A stretch of 63,598 nucleotides of DNA, counting the filler, from Vannella sp. (taxonomy: Eukaryota): NCBI GenBank assembly GCA_023345925.1. It is 5 parts of 5 records of this genome, joined end to end, with 100 filler letters (N's around TTAATTAATTAA, not from the genome) between each part and the next. Parts side by side here need not be neighbours in the genome. Positions count along the whole stretch, not along the records: positions 1 to 12,399 come from JAJQQN010000092.1; positions 12,500 to 20,153 come from JAJQQN010000134.1; 3 more parts are not named here. The stretch is one strand, 5' to 3'. How positions within the stretch are numbered: the stretch's first letter is position 1; every line of letters starts with the position of its first letter. Below are positions 1 through 12,799 of this stretch, piece after piece. A program made the translations under genes and the position numbers. The notes under the pieces were generated by a model, which was given only the letters and a program-made list of their open reading frames with translations, was not told where the DNA came from and searched no databases.

Positions 1-12
1 GCGACCTCTTCA

Positions 13-2236
13 ATGACTTTGTCTGAGACTCTCTCTGTAGAAAGTCCTTCTGCAAGCATATCAGAGACCCCTTCATGGAGTGCATCAGAATCTGTCTCTG
101 TCAGTGGATCAGAGACTCCTTCCACAAGCGAAACAGAAACTCCAACTAGGACGGCCTCTGAGTCTGCTTCTAGGACCCCTTCTTTGACAGAATCAGAGAC
201 TCCTTCTGCTACTCCGTCCGACTCTTCTTCTGAGACAGCGTCTGAGACTGCATCTGCTACTTTGACGGAAAGTCCCTCTATAACTGCTTCTGAAACTCCG
301 TCGGTAACGACATCTGAGACTGCTTCAGCCACTGGGACTCCTTCTCTCACTTCCTCCGTTAGGCAATCAGAAAGTCCTTCCGTTTCACAATCTGGGACTG
401 CTTCTATTTCAATGTCAGATACTCCCTCGGTTTCAATGTCAGAAACTGCTTCTGTGACTGGGTCGGAGACTCCTTCAGGAACTGTATCAGAGTCTGTGTC
501 TCTGTCTACTACAGAGACTACTTCCTCCTCTGTATCAGAATCTCCTTCCGTGACTGCGTCAGAAACTCTTTCTTCCACAGCATCGTCATCTTCTTCTGAA
601 AGTGTTTCTCCCAGCGCTTTGGAATCGCCTTCGAAGACGGCTTCGCAATCATCTTCTGTAACTCCTTCGCAGAGCTCATCCGCTTCCAATTCCAGGACCG
701 CTTCTGAAACGGAGACCTCTTCTCCAAGTTTCAGTGAGAGTCCAAGTGCGAGCTCAAGTATATCTGAGACCCTGTCATCTTCTATCAGCTTATCGCCTTC
801 CTTCTCCAATTCCCTGACAGAGACTAGCAGTGCAAGTTCTACGCCTTCAGTTTCCGATAGCTATTCGACGACTACTTCTTCAACTGAAAGCGAGACTACT
901 TCAGAAAGCAATAGTTTGAGTCTATCAAACAGTGAGACTTTGAGCAGTTCTGAATCCCCCAGTTTCTCGGTAACCCCCTCTGACTCTATGAGCGATTCCT
1001 CGTCAGAATCAAACACACCAACACCCTCCATCTCCGTTAGTGAGAGCTTGATAATGATAGAATCATTCACTGGGTCATCATCCCCCTCGGCATTGCCATC
1101 TCAATCTTCTCTTCAAAGTACAACGAACACTGGATCTTCCACTGCAATCCCGAGTCTGTCTAGTTCTCTGAGCTTCATTCCCCTCCCGAGCAGCACAGAA
1201 ACGGCTTCGGAAAGTGGCAGCGACAGTTCAACTCCATCGATTTCATTCATCGAGTCGCCTTCTCCTTCTCCACCAGAGAACTCAAACTCGCCTTCCCCCT
1301 CTGAGGTTTTAATCGCTCCATCAGTAGAAACAACGCCAGCTCCTCTTCCAAGCAGCGAAAGTTCACCAACTCCGAATTTGCAGGAATCTCTCCCACTGGC
1401 GCAGTCGAGCAACCCTTCTGAGTTGCCGTCTATTTTGCCAAGTGAAACTCCCTCAGGTTTGGTAACTCGAAGTCCAGTTGTAGTAATAAGTGCGGCTCTC
1501 GGGCTTTGCGACGCCGGTTGCTCGTCAGGCAATGTGTTAGTCAGCTTCCCTGCCCCTGATGAAAATTCAGTTGATGCTGGTCCCCCCGTTGTTTCTCTTG
1601 AAAGTGAAAGCGGGAAACCAGTCGCAAGCATCTCTCTCCCTGGTTTGGATACGGGAACCAGTCTCGGAGTGACTTTCGCAACGGCAACCCAGGCCAACCC
1701 CGATTCTGAGTTCGGCTCGACCATTCTAGATATCGTACTCAAAGATGTAAACGGCCAGGCAATTACTGAACTGGCCGAGCCGATTAACATCTGCTTGAGC
1801 GAGCCCTTCCAAACTGTTGGATCCGCAGCATGTCTGGGATTCTTCGACGTGAAGCTAAACAAGTGGGTATGCCAGGACCCGTGCCTTGATTTTGTGAATG
1901 GATCGTACTGCGGTCTCACTGGTAAGTTTCCGTGCTCTCCCTACCGGGTCCCCACCAAAATCTAATTGCCTTCACTATTTAGATCATTTGACCTCTTTTT
2001 CTCTTCTCCTAAACGGAGGAGGCTCAAAGGAAGCCAATCCCTGCGGTTCTTCGGTATCTATGCCCTATGATAAGATTTATACCTGGCTAGGATTCAGTTT
2101 GATCATTCTGGCTATTCTTGTCGTCTGCTTTGCCGTCTGCGTGAACGAAGTTAAAATGCAAAAGCGGATCCGCCGACGGAACAAAATTATGCAAAGATCT
2201 GCACAACTCAATGCGCCAGTTAAAGTGACATTTTGA
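13..2236 (+). CDS. Ser/Thr-rich mucin-like membrane protein with GPS (GAIN) autoproteolysis motif and one TM helix; 5' end probably truncated by the window edge
   Basis: About 480 aa of S/T/E/P-rich repeats, then CLGFFDVKLNKWVCQDPC...CGLT. Splicing GT 1922..AG 1982 gives CGLTDHLTSFSLLL (GPS H-L|T-x-F). TM segment WLGFSLIILAILVVCFAVCV and a short basic tail follow. Confidence 0.8.
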
Positions 2237-2281
2237 GGTATTAAAGGAGAAATTGTTTATCCCAACCCAAAGCTCTTTCTT

Positions 2282-5200
2282 TTACATGTTAGCAAGATCT
2301 TCGAGCTCTGCCAAAGCATCATATTCACCCGTGGGATTAGTCACTGAGGTAGTTGCGCGATAATTGGACGAGGAGAATGGGCTTGGTTCAGATTGAACGA
2401 AAGAGGGAGAAGGAGCGAGGTTGACAAGAGCGTCGAGCTCTTCCATAGCATTATCAGATAAAGGTGGACGACCTGAAATTGGGAGTGCGGACGGTCGTGA
2501 ATGGACAGCGCTGAACTGAACAAGAGATTCCAAGTCTATTCCGGGTTCAGGTTGATTTCTCTTGGAAGGTACACTACTAATTGCTACCAGAGCATCAAGT
2601 TCATCAAAGGCACTGGCGCTTGGTGTAGCTTTCAGAGGTTGGATTTGTGTTGCTAATTCGTCCAGCTCGTCCAACGCACTCCTCTGCTTAGGAATAGTGA
2701 TAGAAGGTGCAGACACTTTGCTAATGCTTACTAAGTCATCCAGTGATGGAGTGGGATTACTGGAAGGCTGATGAACACTTAAATGAACTAATTCATCCAA
2801 TTCATCATCGAAAGCACCTTCTTCTAAGGTTGAAAAGTGTTCTAAGGGAGTTTCAGAAGCTGCCATTGCAGAAAAGCGGGCTGGAGATCGTAAGCCATCT
2901 AGTTGATCTGGCACCGGTGCCAACAGCTGCCTTGGCTGCCGAATAGTGGCAAAGTCCACCGCATCTCTCTTATAATTAGGAAGTGGACGATCTAGTTGTC
3001 TGACAGGCTCAAGAGGAAGCTGAGCGACAACCTTTGCGCCTTTGATAGTCTTAAAGTCCATCTCAACTGAATTCGCACTATCAGAAGGCTGCTCGTCAAA
3101 CCCTTCTTGGACTTCAGTAGGCAGTGAGCTCAGCATATCTTCCATATCAAGGTCAAATGGATCGTCGAATATGGTGATGATTGTGTCCACCGCCTCGACT
3201 GTTGCACAAAGACTGATAGCTAGAGCCCTGATGGATATCGGCAGCATCATCTTGGTTGTAATTGAATAAGAAACGGCGAGAGCCGCTGCCACAATCTTGA
3301 CCTGGTTCGAAAAGTAAATGCTCGCTTTCAAGCAGGTCACAAGATAGTTTTCGAGCAACTCTGAAGCAGCATCACCTAATATAGCTAATGCTTCAACGGA
3401 GATCTGTTCAATACACGTTGCTTCATCGCTAAAGTTAGTAAAGAAGATATCAAATGCAGCCACTCACTGATAAGCTTGGCAGTTGCGATGATACTGTGGC
3501 AAGAGAAAGTCTGGGGCTGGAGATATTCGTGCATTTGAGTGACAAGCCTTAGGAATGATTCAATCTGGTCAAAGATAGTGAGCTCCTGCACTTGGTGCTC
3601 CCTATCTTTAGCTGAAAAGTCCGCCACCAGACTTCTCAACTGAGAGCAGCTGTCTTGAATCACTTGGAACTCTGTAGCCTCGTCGAGGAGATTATACATC
3701 TCACCAAGTCGAGGGTTACGGAGAAGCTCGCACAGTCGATTGATCTGGAAAAGGATTAATTGCCCGAGCTTTGCCATGGTCTCTCTGTGGGGTGATTGCG
3801 GGTCTGATTTGACTTTTTCAGCTGCCAAGAGAATACCTTTGGTCCCCTTAAAGATTGTGAAGGCACTTTCAGCCATTTGCTGCTGCAGTTCGGAATGATA
3901 GATTTCTATCACTTTGCCGTTCACTAGAACCAAGTGCTGCACGCACTGCATCTTGGAGAAGCAGATGAGATCGCTCAGTGGCTGTTTGCTGACTCCCAGA
4001 GCACAAGAGATGATCTCCTTGAAAATGAGGCCAAATTCTCGAGCCTCCGCTTCCACAACATCACTTGGAACAAACTCAGCGGCCACTTGCATGTTCCAAA
4101 CTGCCCCAACCAGCACTTGGGTAAAGTAGAGAAGCCGCTCTTCTGCACGGACTTTGAATTGAGCGACCGCGACGTTTCGATTCTTCACTCCTTGAACCAG
4201 GTTTTGAATGGCAAGCTGAAGCTCTGTGGCAGCCTTGATGATCTTTCCTCGCTGTACTGGATCAAATTTGGTGTTGGCAAATGGATGAACCACTTGGAAG
4301 AGAGCCTGAAGACTCAAAACGATGTCTTTTAAAGCTACATTCAAGTGATCTCCCTTTCTCTCACTGTCAGGTTCAGTCACTGCGAACACAAAGTTCATAA
4401 ATGCAGTCGTCAGCTTGTCCTGGGACCTGGAGAAGTCCATGGGAACATCCTTGAAGCACTGAGCCTTCTCTTTTGCCCTCTTGGTGTTGAGTATGACATC
4501 AAAAGCGGATTCAGATCGTATCAATCCCTCTGTAGGAACTGTAGCAGGCCCAGAAGAAGGACCGGACTTGGCATCGCGAAGCTCCGGAAGGATTTCATCA
4601 GAGTTCGCTGTTACCTGATCCAACTGAGCTTTAATCATTGCGGCTTGCATGGGATGGGATGCAGCAAGGTCATTGACTTGCATCATCCCCCTTTGCTGTG
4701 CAACAGAGAGCTCTCTGAGATCCACGACTGGCTCTGGTGGCTGCACTGGCCCAGCAGAGAGTGTCTCTTCGATACCACCATCCCCTGCCAGCTGGTTTCT
4801 GTCCACATAGATCGTTTGGTCGCCCCATTTGACCTCTACATCCGAGTAGAGACCTTCTTGCTCCGACTGCTCAATAATGATTCCCTGCTCCTCAGCAATC
4901 ACTGATTTGGTCAGCAAAGCTGCAGCGAACTCTTCCCCCCACTCAAACGCCTTCTCCAGAGGGGAGATGCCTCCCTCTGTCAGGATGTGGAGGTCAGCAC
5001 CTCGAAGGATGAGCCACTCGCAAGCCTCCCGCTGTTGTGCAAAACAGGCCTTATGCAGAGGCTATATGAGGCATCTAGCTCGTTAGAGGGATGTCTGTGG
5101 CACGTCTCGAGCATCTTACAGTCATCCCCCAGCGGTCTTGGACGTTCACGTCGATCTTACGAAGGGAAAGGATCCATTGGAGGCAGCTGATATGGCCGTA

Positions 5201-5604
5201 CTCTGCAGCATAGTGAAGTGCATTCAATCCATCCTATCAGCCACTCAATGTGAGTCACTCACAGTGGAAGGAGGAGGAAGGGAAGGGCCCACCTTGTCGC
5301 GGGCGCCTATTCCCATGCCCTGCTGAATGTAGTGTTGCATCTGGCTCAAATCACCCTTTCGTGCTGACTCCCAGATGTCACGGCTCTCTTCTATCAAACG
5401 GGAGGCGTTGTAGTCTGGTTTGCGCTCCTCGTACCAGCCTTCCTTCTTGGCGAGAGTTTTCGTCCGCTCTCTCATCTTCCTCTCGTTGGCTTCCTCCTTT
5501 ATCTTCCTCTCTTTCTCCTTCTCCTCCTCTCTTGCTTTCTTGATGATGCGCTTCCGCTCCTTCTTCAAAGCCTCTTCCTCCTTCTCTTTCTTCGACTTGA
5601 ACAT
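2282..5604 (-). CDS. Multi-exon ankyrin-repeat protein with helical-bundle core and C-terminal LD-like repeats
   Basis: ATG 5604 (MFKSKKEKEE). Spliced exons read IWESARKGDL...ARDK / DGLNALHYAAEYGHISCLQWIL...VNVQDRWGMT / PLHKACFAQQREACEWLILRGAD (ankyrin repeats), continuing into ORF 3385..4917. Joining to ORF 2282..3463 needs an intron near 3470 (GTGAGT donor and TACTAAC branch point visible; acceptor uncertain). Confidence 0.7.
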
Positions 5605-5756
5605 CGAATAAAATGATCCCTTTTGGCCCCCTCGTCTCCCTGTAGCTCCTTCTCTCCTACTTCTTGCTTCCTCTACCTTCCCCCTTCCCTCAACAAGCAT
5701 AAGGGAGCAGAAAGAGGGAGGGTGACATCGACATGAGGGCGGTCTCGGCTCTATTC

Positions 5757-6434
5757 TCATCCAAGGGGGTTTCCGTTGACTTGCTGAGGTCGCTTATCTG
5801 AGAGCAAGTACGTTGCAATGTTGGGAAGCTGACCAATGCGACGGTGGTGCTCCACGAGGACAGGGAAGTTGGCTTTCATCTCTGTTGGGAACAAAGCTTC
5901 GCGCAAGTGCAAGTCCATCAAGTCGAACAAGTGCAAGTCAGCAATGGTGAGGTTCTCCCCTACAGCAAAGCCCAGACCTTCTCGGTTGCGGATCAAAAGG
6001 TTCTCAAGGAAGCGGAAGTGAGCCCCTCCGTTGCGAGAAGTGACACCAGAAGGGTCAATGTGCAAGGATTGGTACTTCTGCTTGGCCTCTACTTGCAGCT
6101 GGCCTTCATAGATCAGCTTGACGTAGTTTCCTCGAACATCTTCTACTCCTCCCAAAAACATGTCGATGAAGGCGGCTTCTTCGTTGGAAGAGCCATACAA
6201 ACTGTTCTCACGAGCAAAGTACCGCAGAATGGTATCCATCTGAGCAAGAACCAAGCCGTTGTCCAAATGAACGAGTGGACTCTGCCCAAAAGGATACGCT
6301 GCAGACCCGGCTCCGGCCTTCATCGCTTCATAGTTGATAGCCACCTCCTTGTATTCTATTCCTTGTTGAGCCCAAAGAAGTCTCAGCACCTCTCCTCGCC
6401 CACGACAAGCAAAGTACTCCAAAGTGGGGGCCAT
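5757..6434 (-). CDS. Glutathione S-transferase (Tyr-type, sigma/pi-like)
   Basis: MAPTLEYFACRGRGEVLRLL, PFGQSP, TILRYFARENSLYG, C-terminal VGENLTIADLHLFD and RPQQVNGN; intronless. Confidence 0.92.
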   Translation of the reverse strand: MAPTLEYFACRGRGEVLRLLWAQQGIEYKEVAINYEAMKAGAGSAAYPFGQSPLVHLDNGLVLAQMDTILRYFARENSLYGSSNEEAAFIDMFLGGVEDVRGNYVKLIYEGQLQVEAKQKYQSLHIDPSGVTSRNGGAHFRFLENLLIRNREGLGFAVGENLTIADLHLFDLMDLHLREALFPTEMKANFPVLVEHHRRIGQLPNIATYLLSDKRPQQVNGNPLG

Positions 6435-6612
6435 CCTTCGACCAATTAAAATGTGGAAACCACAAAACCTCGCCTGATCCCATAATTTTGTGTTCCATTT
6501 TTTCCAGGACGAAAAAGAATAAAATATTAATATTAATTTTGGAAAATGAGCAGGGAAAATCCAGACATGCAATTGTGGTCATCTTTATTATTTCGGTGGC
6601 GGTTGGTTGGTG

Positions 6613-8514
6613 ATGGTGGACACTTTCGACTCGTTGAAGGAGGAGCTTCAAGAACTCGACTGCGTCATGGAGAAGGGCTCGGAGAACCTGATTAAGCGGT
6701 TTATTGGTGTCGGGGGACAGCCCAAGGAGGTGATCCAGTACTTAGCTCAAGGTTACCGCGGTTATCCCGAGATGGTGAATCTGCTTCAGGTGGGTGCCAA
6801 GCACAATAGCAGGCCACTTCTTCCTTTACTCAGACCTTCATAGAGCTGGGCAGCCATTGCGGGGCTGAGTGAGGAGGAAACACACCGTTTGATCATTGAC
6901 CACGCCAAGTCCATAATCAAAGCCTCCTTTGATCCACAGAAGGCCGACTTACTATTCACACAAGCACAAGTAAGCTTTTGATCTTCCAAGCCTCCTGAAC
7001 CAGTCTGACAGTCTGCCAGGCGCCGCCGTTGTGGTTGGAAGACATTGTAAACGAAAAGGAGTGGCGAGAACTCATCTATGAGCTCTCAGAGAGTCATAAG
7101 AAGTGTTTGATGCTCTCTTTTGCGGTCCAGCGTATCGCTGAAGCTGGCTACCACGAGGAAATAGGAGGATTGACGACTGCTGCTCAACATTACAGCGTCT
7201 TCCGAGGGATTGTGGAGAAGACACTTGAGAGAATCTTGTTGTCAAGATCTGACGAGATCTCCGAGCTGCTTCCTGTGTTCCTGAAGCTTGTGAGCCACTC
7301 GGCACACACGGTTTTGTTCACCCAGAGCATCCTTTGTGCGATTCAGGAGGCGACAGATAGCCAGGATATCCGCCATACAGTTCGAAGAGTATCGCAAGAG
7401 CTAGACCAATATCTAAGGAGTGTATGGACACCAGGGCAGAAGCTTTGGCTCAAAATCCGCCATCTTCTCTCCCGCCCGCCTTCCTCTCTCGCAGCTCCAC
7501 TTGAGTCCATCCTTCTGACTAATTCAACGAGCCCTGGAGACATGGTAAGACTGTATGACGCGTTCTTAAGCGACAATCCTCCATCAGTGGAGTTCATTCA
7601 AGATTCCTGTTTCCTTGGTAAGTCACTTTTCAAACAACATTCTTTCTCTGACCTTCTTCCAGAGCTTCTTGCGGGAGATCTCTTCACACCAACTCAGATT
7701 CAGGAGTCGTTTATGCGGAAATATGCATTTATAGTCGCTCATGCGTGCTCCTATCAACCAGGAGAGTCGGAAGCAGAGAACACAAAGCAACGAGACAGGT
7801 TGATTATGGCCATCCGCGGAATCTCTGCGCTTTGCAAGTCCCCAGAGCCGGTCTCAAAGGAAGAATTCGTCAAAGCAGGTCGCATTCTAGACGAGCATCT
7901 GGACGTGAGCATCGCATCCGCGGGAGTTTTGCGTTTCGTTAGCGCCCGCTTGACCAACCCGAACTTCTACTCGACCCCAGCTGGTGATTTCTCTATTCCC
8001 ATGTTCTTTTACATACTCAGGCGTATTGTCGTGACCCATCCCTTCCAACAGAGTTCCGTGTTTGAAATACTGAAGAAGTGCTTCAGTATTGAAACTTCCT
8101 TGGACTCGGAGGCGATCATGGATCTGCGCAAATCAATTATTGGCCAGATGTTGTATCTTCTCCATAACGGCTTTGCTTTGCCCATCTTGCAACAGCTGAG
8201 AGAGTATTGCCTCTTCATTGACCACTCTCTCATTCGCCACTTGATCACTTCTCTGTTGCTCCATCTCAAAGCTCCTTTTTCAGACTCCTTTTTCCGGTCC
8301 GTCGTTGCGATTCTGGCGCTTCCTGCTTGTCAAGAGGCTTTGTCCGTTCAACCCCTTGAGGCACTTCAATTCCTCAGTAAGCCATTCCCTGACTCCCAAA
8401 GTGGCACTTCTAACCGTTGTTGACTTAGATTCCGGCAGCGAGGAACAGCTTGGGACGGAAATGGCTGCCGAGCAAGTCAAGTTCTATTCGCAAAAGGTGC
8501 AAATGTCTGATTAA
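6613..8514 (+). CDS. NELFCD: Negative elongation factor C/D (TH1-like)
   Basis: Exons give VMEKGSENLIKRFIGVGGQPKEVIQYLAQGYRGYPEMVNLL, FDPQKADLLF, WRELIYELSESHKKCLMLSFAVQRIAEAGYHEEI, matching the TH1/NELF-C/D N-terminal pattern. Introns near 6790, 6970, 7618 and 8377. Confidence 0.85.
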
Positions 8515-8537
8515 ACCTCCGTTTCATTGCCTTTCGT

Positions 8538-9777
8538 TCATTTGGGGTCGTCGAACACACTGGGAGTGGCAAAGGCTCGCTCAGAGATACCCAACGGATA
8601 GTTGATCCGTTCAAGAGACTCATCCCCTAACATGTGCAAAGCAGCGATGGAGAAATAGGTGTGAAGCACGTCAGGGTGCACGCCGGGGACCTTGCTGAAT
8701 CCGCCAATGTCGCTTTGACACGAAAAATGAAAGCTGCGACAGATATCTTCGGACACCAGATGATAATGGCCCAGAATCTGGAGTGCTCCTCCTACCCACC
8801 AGCTGTAGCAAGTGTCTGCAACCTTATTAACGCGCCCCTGAAACCCAGAAATCTGGCGTTCAATCTGAACTTCAAGTCACTATTTCCCTTCCATCAATCG
8901 TCTGTCTGGAGGAGCTTACCAGCCACTGGAGCAGTGTTTCACGATCAGGGATGTCATCTAGACGGCCCATAAGCGCCAAGGAAGCCACAGCGCAGTAGGT
9001 TCCTCCCCCGTTGCTTTCCTGTCCAGGTGCTTGACCCATTGCCCCATCGTAGTTCTGCAGCTAGTCACCTCCTATTTCTCTATAGTCTGTAAAGGACTCA
9101 CCTGACACTCAGCAATGTACTTGGTCGTCAAATCCACGTCCATTCCGCTCCAGTCATTGAGCATCGAACAGATGCAAGCGGCACAATAGACAAAGCGCAT
9201 GTCTGCTTCACTCCCTGTGGCCACACAGTTAAAGCTTCCATCTTTGTTCTGCAACGCTCGCACAGAACGAAGCACTGCGCTCCGATTGACCCGTGAAAAG
9301 TCGTCCCCAAGGACTTTGAGGACAGCGAGAGCCGTGAACGTGTGCGTAATGTGACTGCAGTCATGCTTCAACGCTTTCACGGGTTCCTATACCCCATTTG
9401 ATCAGTTTAGAACCAGTGGCAGCCCACCCTGGCGTACACAGTTTGGGTTCCACGGGTTTCCGATAAAGGGAGAGCCACGGAAGCCGCACAGCGTCGCGTT
9501 CACGTCTACTTCTAATCAACAACTCTTCGACAGTAAAGGCTTACTCCTAACCTGGATTGGCCTCATCAGGCACGAGCTGCTGCGAGTACACCCAGTCGAT
9601 GATGCCCTTCACCTCGCCCTCGTCCGTGGGAAGACCGTGAGTCAGGTCCCGCGCTCCTAACACAAAGTAGAGGAGCATCAAGCGGTTCTGCTCTTGATTG
9701 GCGTAGTGAGAAGGAAGACACGAAAGCGCTCCTTTCAAGAAGAAGGCCAAACGCTTCTGGTTGATCTCGTTCGCCAT
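8538..9777 (-). CDS. PGGT1B: Geranylgeranyltransferase type I beta subunit
   Basis: LPSHYANQEQNRLMLLYFVLGARDL, IIDWVYSQQ, CGFRGS, SHITHTFTALAVL, EADMRFVYCAACIC, GGFSKVPGVHPDVLHTYFSIAAL; multi-exon. Confidence 0.92.
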
Positions 9778-9795
9778 CAAGCGCCCACCAAATGA

Positions 9796-10801
<1,006 letters not shown>

Positions 10802-11120
10802 AGTGCATAACCCTGTCCAGACCCACATTTGAAACGAAGAGAGCGTCAGGGAAGGGGTCCTTCTACTCCTTTCCCACCCCTGATGGGCATCACCCTTGAT
10901 TAAGTTTGCTCTGGCTGCTCATTGAGACTCTTTTGCTGCTTCCTAGTCGTCAACGCACCGGCTGCAATGCGGACTGGGGGTTTCGGAGAAAGTCACCTTT
11001 TGGAGGGAAAGGACGCCAAACGGGCCCTGATGAGACCATCTTTGTCTTTTTGGTTCATCAAGATGGGTCCTGTTCTTTGCATTTCACCTTCAGTGGGCAT
11101 TTCCCCTCCGCCTTGTGCCG

Positions 11121-11886
11121 ATGGAAGGGTTAAATGTCTTTGTGGTTGGTGCTACAGGTGCAGTGGGGAAGGCTTTGGTGAGGGAGCTTCTTGTAGATGG
11201 GAGAGTGAGGGGTGTGACAACGTTGGGCCGCCGGAACGTGGACGCGAAGGTAACCGAAACTCTGAGTGAGGATCAACGCTCCAAGCTCAAGGAGGTGGTT
11301 GTCAGCGACTTGGGAGCTATTCTGGAGCAGGAAGAAGAGAAGGCCAAGTTCGCAGGCTTTGACGCGGGCTTCTGTTGCTTGGGCACCACCAGAAAGGATG
11401 CTGGCTCAGCGGAGGCGTTCCGCAAGGTTGATTATGATTACGTGACCAACGTTGCTCAAGCAGCTCGGTACGAACACCTTCTTGAGAAGAAAGGAGCCAT
11501 TAAGCTCACTTCGGGGCCTCAGGGACAACAATTGTCCGCACTTTTTGCTGGTCAGCTCGATCGGAGCAGACAAAGACAGTTGGTTTCTCTATCCAAAGAC
11601 AAAGGGCGAGAGTGAGGCAAAGCTACAGTCGCTGGGCTTCGAGAGATTGTCCATCTTCCGACCAAGCGTGCTCGACCGGGGCGAAGATGCTCGCTGGAAT
11701 GAGAAGCTGAGCGCTCCTTTCACAAAGTATCTTCCCAAGTATCGCCTCATGCCAATGGATCTCCTCAGCCGCGTGATGATTGAGCAATGTGCCGTGTCTA
11801 AGGAGCCCATCCTCATTATGGAGAACAGCGACATTCATCAGTTTGCTCTACAAGCCCATTTAATGGAGGACACCACCGCATCATAA
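11121..11886 (+). CDS. HTATIP2: TIP30/HTATIP2-like NAD(P)-binding oxidoreductase
   Basis: VVGATGAVGKALV, FCCLGTTRKDAGSAEAFRKVDYDY, LVSSIGADKDSWFLYPKTKGE, IFRPSVL; one intron about 11468-11523. Confidence 0.88.
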
Positions 11887-12105
11887 CTGATGGAGCAGCA
11901 ACTCCATTCCAGCTGCTAATCAAGGCAAGAATAGAACGCTCCCATTCCTTCGAGAAGTTCCCTCCTTTATCGATTCTCACTTGGCTTGTCAAACCATCAC
12001 TGTTTTGTCGACCAGCGGATGCTTAAACAAAGATTGCTATCCTTCTGACGAGTTGAAGACAGACGAAAAACTCGTTCTTTTTGGGTGATAATGAAATGTT
12101 CATTC

Positions 12106-12265
12106 TCATTGTCCGTTCTCCTTCCGGACGAATAGAACGGACGAACCAAACCAACTTAGTTCTCCTTGTACGGACGAATAGAACGGACGAACCAAACCAA
12201 CTAAGTTCTCCTTGTCCGGACGAATAGAACGGACGAACCAACTAAGTTCATTGTCCGTTCTCCTT
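12106..12265. repeat. 46-bp tandem repeat (about 2.7 units) bracketed by an 18-bp direct repeat
   Basis: Unit CGGACGAATAGAACGGACGAACCAAACCAACT(T/A)AGTTCTCCTTGT(A/C) starts at 12125, 12171 and 12217. TCATTGTCCGTTCTCCTT occurs at 12106 and 12248. Confidence 0.9.
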
Positions 12266-12267
12266 GT

Positions 12268-12399
12268 CCGGCCACTGCGACGAATACTCCTTCTTCTTCG
12301 TACAGCGCTACAATGACGAACGCTCCTTCTCCTTCGCAAAGCGTGACCATGACGAACACTCTTTCTGCTTCGTTGACCCAGTCTGTCTCGGCCTCTTTC
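12268..12399 (+). CDS. Fragment of a Ser/Thr-rich repeat protein truncated at contig end
   Basis: Frame reads PATATNTPSSSYSATMTNAPSPSQSVTMTNTLSASLTQSVSASF, a 10-aa repeat similar in style to the gene at 13..2236; no clear start. Confidence 0.4.
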
Positions 12400-12499
12400 N
12401 NNNNNNNNNNNNNNNNNNNNNNNNNNNNNNNNNNNNNNNNNNNTTAATTAATTAANNNNNNNNNNNNNNNNNNNNNNNNNNNNNNNNNNNNNNNNNNNN
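12400..12499. other. Artificial contig spacer
   Basis: 44 N + TTAATTAATTAA (stops in all six frames) + 44 N. Confidence 0.99.
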
Positions 12500-12720
12500 T
12501 TGAGAGCATCTGGGTGTCTGCGCAGAAAAGCCTGAATTGCTGAAAGGCTTCCAGACTGGATAGCCTCCCAGTGTGCTTGTGAGCCAGACATTGAAGAGAA
12601 TGGTCATTCGGAGCCTTTGACATCGTACCCTAACTGGGAAACGAGTCTCCCTGCTGTGCTTTGAGTTACAATCTTACAAGTAAAGGGCAATTCAGGACAG
12701 TGAAGAAAGTCATTTTGTTC

Positions 12721-12740
12721 TTCCCGCAGTTGGCGGGAAA
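12721..12740. promoter_or_regulatory. Inverted pair of E2F-like sites
   Basis: TTCCCGC-AGTTG-GCGGGAAA, 60 nt upstream of ATG 12800. Confidence 0.6.
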
Positions 12741-12799
12741 GCGAAAGCCGTTGCTTATTGCTGGCCAGCACCTCACATGCAGTCGTCCCCAAGCCCCTG

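Noticed and set aside
1113..1919. 268-aa minus-strand ORF
   Set aside because: Antisense to the Ser/Pro-rich mucin; explained by low stop-codon frequency.
12125..12250. Possible CRISPR array
   Set aside because: Units are contiguous near-identical repeats with no unique spacers, there are no cas genes, and the context is eukaryotic.
12400..12499. Recurrent TTAATTAATTAA palindrome in N runs (also 20154, 39339, 60730)
   Set aside because: Identical 100-bp artificial linker with stops in all frames; not biological. ORFs running into it are artefacts.
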